Of a DNA stretch of 32,000 nucleotides, positions 27,976-32,000 are shown piece after piece. Source of the DNA: Candidatus Scalindua sp. (GTDB lineage Bacteria > Planctomycetota > Brocadiia > Brocadiales > Scalinduaceae); contig JALDRB010000003.1 of assembly GCA_031316155.1 (NCBI GenBank), positions 191,792 through 223,791 on the forward strand, given 5' to 3'. Both the position numbers and the translations under genes were made by a program. Under the pieces are notes generated by a model. It did not search any database and was not told the origin of the DNA. It saw nothing but the letters and a program-made list of their open reading frames with translations. Each line of letters begins with the position of its first letter. The stretch's first letter is position 1.

Positions 27976-28074
27976 CTGATCTTAACAGGATATTCGTTCG
28001 AATACATAATTTATCTCGTTTGGTAAATTTCTTATTATGGAGATGCTTTTCAGCAGGAGGACAATAGTCTAAAT

Positions 28075-29124
28075 ATGCAGAGCAATGAAGAAGTTGTTGA
28101 CATTCAAAAAGAGGTAACGAGTTTCAAAAGAGATTTTTACGACCTGTGCGAAGAGATTGGCAGAGTGATAGTGGGAAATAAAGACATTATTGAGCATGTC
28201 CTGACAGCTTTTTTTGCCAATGGACATGTTCTTCTGGAAGGTGTTCCCGGTTTGGGTAAGACACTTCTGGTAAAGTCATTGAGTAAAGCACTTGGTTTCG
28301 ATTTTAACAGGATACAATTTACACCGGACCTGATGCCTGCCGATATAGTCGGTACCCAGATAGTCGTGGAAAGGAGCGGTGGAATAAAAGAATTTGAGTT
28401 TTCAGCAGGACCCATATTTGCTAACGTTGTTCTTGCAGATGAAATCAATCGTGCAACACCGAAGACACAATCTGCCATGTTAGAGGCTATGGAAGAACGC
28501 CAGGTAACCGTTTCAGGAAAGACCCATAAATTAACGAACCCTTTTTTTGTTTTAGCAACCCAAAATCCTATAGAGATGGAAGGTACTTACACCTTACCGG
28601 AAGCACAGCTGGACAGATTCTTTTTTAAAGTTAACCTCTCTTTCCCAAGTTTTAGTGAACTGAAGGAGATACTCAGGTTGACAACCGTTAACGAAAAATA
28701 TGTTATAAAACAGGTTTTTGATTCTAAAAATGCAGCAAAAAGAGTTGCAGAAATGAAAAAATTAGTGAGAAACATCTTAGTTTCCTCGAATGTCGAGGAT
28801 TATGTCGTAAACATAATAAAAATGACACATCCGGAAAATCAAGAGATGAGTGTTTCAAACCCCGGGGGCGATACTGTTACAGACTTTATAAAGCGGTATG
28901 TAACCTATGGATCAAGTCCCCGTGGTGCTCAGTCCGTCGTTTTAGCGGCGAAGGTTAAGGCCCTTTTAGACAATAGAGCTAATATAAGCTATGATGACGT
29001 TGACAAGGTTGCAGTTGCTTCGCTGAATCATCGGTTACTCTTAAACTTTGAAGCTGATGCGGATAATATTAAATCAAAAGATATTATAGAGAATATTCTG
29101 GAAAAAGTAAGAAATAAGAGATAA
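28075..29124 (+). CDS. MoxR family AAA ATPase
   Basis: HVLLEGVPGLGKT Walker A, VVLADEINRATPKTQSAMLEAMEERQVT Walker B, FFVLATQNPIEMEGTYTLPEAQLDRF. Confidence 0.95.
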   Translation: MQSNEEVVDIQKEVTSFKRDFYDLCEEIGRVIVGNKDIIEHVLTAFFANGHVLLEGVPGLGKTLLVKSLSKALGFDFNRIQFTPDLMPADIVGTQIVVERSGGIKEFEFSAGPIFANVVLADEINRATPKTQSAMLEAMEERQVTVSGKTHKLTNPFFVLATQNPIEMEGTYTLPEAQLDRFFFKVNLSFPSFSELKEILRLTTVNEKYVIKQVFDSKNAAKRVAEMKKLVRNILVSSNVEDYVVNIIKMTHPENQEMSVSNPGGDTVTDFIKRYVTYGSSPRGAQSVVLAAKVKALLDNRANISYDDVDKVAVASLNHRLLLNFEADADNIKSKDIIENILEKVRNKR

Positions 29125-29220
29125 AACCAGTCAAAATTTGCATCAGATTACAGAACACCATGGTACATAGTATTAAATTCTTATTTATAGTAAATTCATA
29201 ATGAAAAGAAACTAATTTCC

Positions 29221-30126
29221 ATGCTTGCAGACATTTTTGATGCCACATTTCTCCGAAAACTCGAATCGCTCTGTATTGGGTGCAAAAAAACGTATCTTGG
29301 AACCAGAAAGGGTGATTATGAAATGGTGAACAAGAGAGGTACCAGTATCGAATTTGCGGATTATCAGGAATATGTACCGGGAGACGATTATCGATATATC
29401 GATTGGAATATTTACGGACGACTGGATAAATTACTGGTGAAAACATTTAAAGAAGAAGTCGAGCTTACAGTCCATATCCTGATGGATTCAAGCAGGTCTA
29501 TGTTGTTCCCGAAAGAAGATAAAAAATTTGATTATGCAAAGAACCTCGCAATTGCGTTAAGCTATATAGCGTTATCAAGTAAAAATAGTGTCAGGGTAGC
29601 TAAACTGGCGGACAAAGACGCTATCCTGAATACCCGAACTCCTTTCTTCCAGAAGAAAGATAATATCTTCAAGATATCGGATTTTTTAGATAACATTGTT
29701 CCGGAAGGAAAACTGGACTTTTTCAATTCCATTGTAAAATATACATTCGACGTAAAGGGTACAAGAGGCACAGTTGTTATTATATCAGATTTCATGCTGG
29801 AACCTGAAGTTTACCGGAAAGGACTCAATTTTCTCCGTTATAAGAATTTTGATATTAAAGTAATACAGATCCTGGGCACGACTGAACTGGATCCATTTAC
29901 CAAGATTAAGAGAGGCAATATCATAGATGTGGAAACAAGTGAAAAGAGAAACATTGTCTTTACTGAGGCAAATCGTAGAAAATATAAAAACTCACTGGAA
30001 GAGCATAATAGACAACTGCAGCGTTTCTGCAGGGTAAATAAAATCATCTACTCTTTAGCCAAGACACACATAAAATTTGAAGATTTTATTTTACGGGAAT
30101 TACCGAGGATAGGGTTTGTCAGATAA
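29221..30126 (+). CDS. DUF58 domain protein (vWA-like)
   Basis: GTSIEFADYQEYVPGDDYRYIDWNIYGRLDKLLVKTFKEEVELTVHILMDSSRSM is the DUF58 signature. Confidence 0.93.
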   Translation: MLADIFDATFLRKLESLCIGCKKTYLGTRKGDYEMVNKRGTSIEFADYQEYVPGDDYRYIDWNIYGRLDKLLVKTFKEEVELTVHILMDSSRSMLFPKEDKKFDYAKNLAIALSYIALSSKNSVRVAKLADKDAILNTRTPFFQKKDNIFKISDFLDNIVPEGKLDFFNSIVKYTFDVKGTRGTVVIISDFMLEPEVYRKGLNFLRYKNFDIKVIQILGTTELDPFTKIKRGNIIDVETSEKRNIVFTEANRRKYKNSLEEHNRQLQRFCRVNKIIYSLAKTHIKFEDFILRELPRIGFVR

Positions 30127-30540
30127 ATTAGCTCCTTTTGCCAACCCGACGAGCATGAGGCTGTGTCGCAATCTAGTTTAGGCGATAAGCTTATATTATA
30201 TAATGTACCATATAAATATGTAACGACAAGATGTGGAACACTTGAGGCTGGAATTTGTAATTATGACACAGTCTCCATTCTGGCGGGTTGCTAATTTATT
30301 GTTTTTCACTTCTGTTACCCAAAAATTCTTATCCATTCTATTTTTTACAAAAGTCAAACTATTCATTTCTACTTGGTTCAAAATTGTGATACTATTTAAA
30401 AGTTCTACATCAGCAAGTGATACTTGTAACGTATTGGTCGTTCAAGAGAAACGCTCCGCATAACTGGAGTGCAATCAAGCGGAGCAGAAGTACCAGTCTG
30501 AGTTCATGCAGTTGTTATAGGATGTTATTCTGAATACGGT

Positions 30541-30942
30541 TTACTTCCTCTCTTTCAGCAAATCACGTATTTGTATAAGCAATGCTTCTTCAGCCGATGG
30601 TTCTGGTGGAGCCTTCGGTGCTTCTTCTTTTCGTTTAAGTGAATTGATTGCTTTAATAGCGATAAAAATTGCGAATGCGATGATTGTGAAGTCGATAACG
30701 GTCTGAATGAACTTCCCATAACCGATTACGACAGCAGGTATTTCCCCCACAGCTTCTTTAACCGTGAAAGCCAAACTGGAAAAATCGACTCCACCCAAAA
30801 GTACTCCGATTGGAGGCATAATTACATCACCTACAAAGGATGAGACGATTTTTCCAAATGCAGCACCAATAATGATGCCAACAGCCATATCAACTACATT
30901 TCCTTTTACTGCAAATTCCTTAAATTCTTTCATAATGCCCAT
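30541..30942 (-). CDS. mscL: large-conductance mechanosensitive channel
   Basis: [50 protein letters not shown]...LLIQIRDLL. Confidence 0.96.
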   Translation of the reverse strand: MGIMKEFKEFAVKGNVVDMAVGIIIGAAFGKIVSSFVGDVIMPPIGVLLGGVDFSSLAFTVKEAVGEIPAVVIGYGKFIQTVIDFTIIAFAIFIAIKAINSLKRKEEAPKAPPEPSAEEALLIQIRDLLKERK

Positions 30943-31287
30943 GATATTTTCCTCCAGATTAAAAGTAAGCCGTAAGATTATAGCCTAAATATTTTTCTGA
31001 CTGAGAATCGCCTGCTCCGCCTTTAATTCCTGAAACCTTAATTAGTCAAAGATTGTACTGCCTATACGCGACTTTTTTATTCTAGATAGTAACTTAAATT
31101 TGTATTGTAACTATATGATAAAATGAGTTATTATGTCAAATATAATATATATAATAATGTAATTGGAAATAGTGAAACTGAAAGTGGGTTTTCCTGATAA
31201 ACTGCTGGAACAAGTCCGGAATGTATTTCGGTAAAAATGTTACTCTTCTCATACAGAATAAGCTATGTTGACCTTTATAAGGTGTTT

Positions 31288-31482
31288 TATACTAAAACCG
31301 ATTTGGTTTTCGGTTTTACCTGTCTGCGTGCATCGCACAGGCAGGCTGGAAACCTAATCCTGGTTGCAGCTATCCCTGGACAAAAGGTACCGAGGGCTTT
31401 ACTCGCTCCGCTTTATCTCGGATTTTACCTGTCTGCGTGCGACGCACAGGCAGGTCCGAAAACCATTACGAGATGAGTATAT
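31288..31482 (-). repeat. dispersed repeat family 2, long form with two 27-bp palindromic insertions
   Basis: Reverse complement aligns with 23592-23731. Insertions CCTGTCTGCGTGCATCGCACAGGCAGG (31319-31345) and CCTGTCTGCGTGCGACGCACAGGCAGG (31428-31454). Confidence 0.85.
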
Positions 31483-31761
31483 CTTGTTTCATTAAAAACG
31501 TCGTCCAGAAGACATGGATAACGGAAAGACTTTTTCAATTCATTTCATTTCCGGCAGATAGATATGTTGTCTCAAGCACCCAGACCCATGCCCATAAAAC
31601 CAGTGTCTTTCTTTATAAACAGGTTCTTAATGTTGACTCAAAGTTTATGGACAGAGAGAAAGGGCTGAAAACATGGAGATGGCATCTTACTTAAAACACT
31701 TATGATATGAAAGATATTCTATTATTCGTTGATTATTTGCGTAGCAAATATAACAAGTTAT

Positions 31762-31869
31762 GCCATCCTGGCTAACTTTTCCAAAATCCCTAAAACTGCC
31801 GTCCATGGCAGTATTTACGGTTTTTTGAACTTGCGCCTTCAGCGCAAAAAATAAGGAAATATTGAAATT
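31762..31869 (-). repeat. dispersed repeat family 1, copy 2 (inverted relative to 19535-19637)
   Basis: gccatcctggctaacttttccaaaatccctaaaactgccgtccatggcagtatttacggttttttgaacttgcgccttcagcgcaaaaaataaggaaatattgaaatt. Confidence 0.85.
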
Positions 31870-32000
31870 ACTATACATTATAATTAGTGATCCGCCAGCC
31901 ACGCCCGTACTGCATGGCATACGTTAAGGCGGGAACCCTCGTTGGGCTGGGAAAAGAGAGCAAATTTATATGGGATTTATCAATCTGATAGCTTTTAGTT

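Noticed and set aside
31237-31920. Small ORFs 31237-31476, 31437-31694 and 31687-31920
   Set aside because: They lie within or across dispersed repeat elements and have no protein-like features.

Overview
Bacterial window with three parts. (1) ~0-11 kb is an accessory region, all on the + strand. It holds two paralogous TIR-DUF1566 (Lcl/C-type-lectin-like) genes, each followed by the same spacer, a CCCCCT palindromic repeat pair and a DUF559 (Vsr-like) endonuclease gene (intact downstream of copy 2, a remnant downstream of copy 1). Between the two copies lie an Hcp-like gene and a long DUF362 reading frame split by a single in-frame TAG. After them comes a frameshifted TIR-like/TPR-S (TRAFs-binding, DUF4071-type) gene bracketed by inverted copies of the same CCCCCT element. 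(2) ~10.7-20.1 kb, minus strand, is a compact fatty-acid/polyketide-type cluster: B12-binding-type radical SAM, ketosynthase (KS alpha), ketosynthase-like protein lacking Cys-His-His (KS beta/chain-length-factor-like), old-yellow-enzyme/dienoyl-CoA reductase, enoyl-CoA hydratase-like, FabG-like, with AcpS further upstream and a muconolactone-isomerase-like gene downstream. (3) ~20.4-31 kb holds a MATE transporter overlapping an MBL-fold hydrolase, a glycine-zipper lipoprotein, a 1303-aa membrane protein with ~70 tandem 8-aa repeats just upstream of MoxR and DUF58, and MscL. Two dispersed repeat families (each present twice, in opposite orientation) lie at 19.5, 23.6, 31.3 and 31.8 kb; one copy carries two 27-bp palindromic insertions. 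I see no CRISPR array, transposase, or convincing tRNA/rRNA. Family names come from recognised motifs, not database searches.
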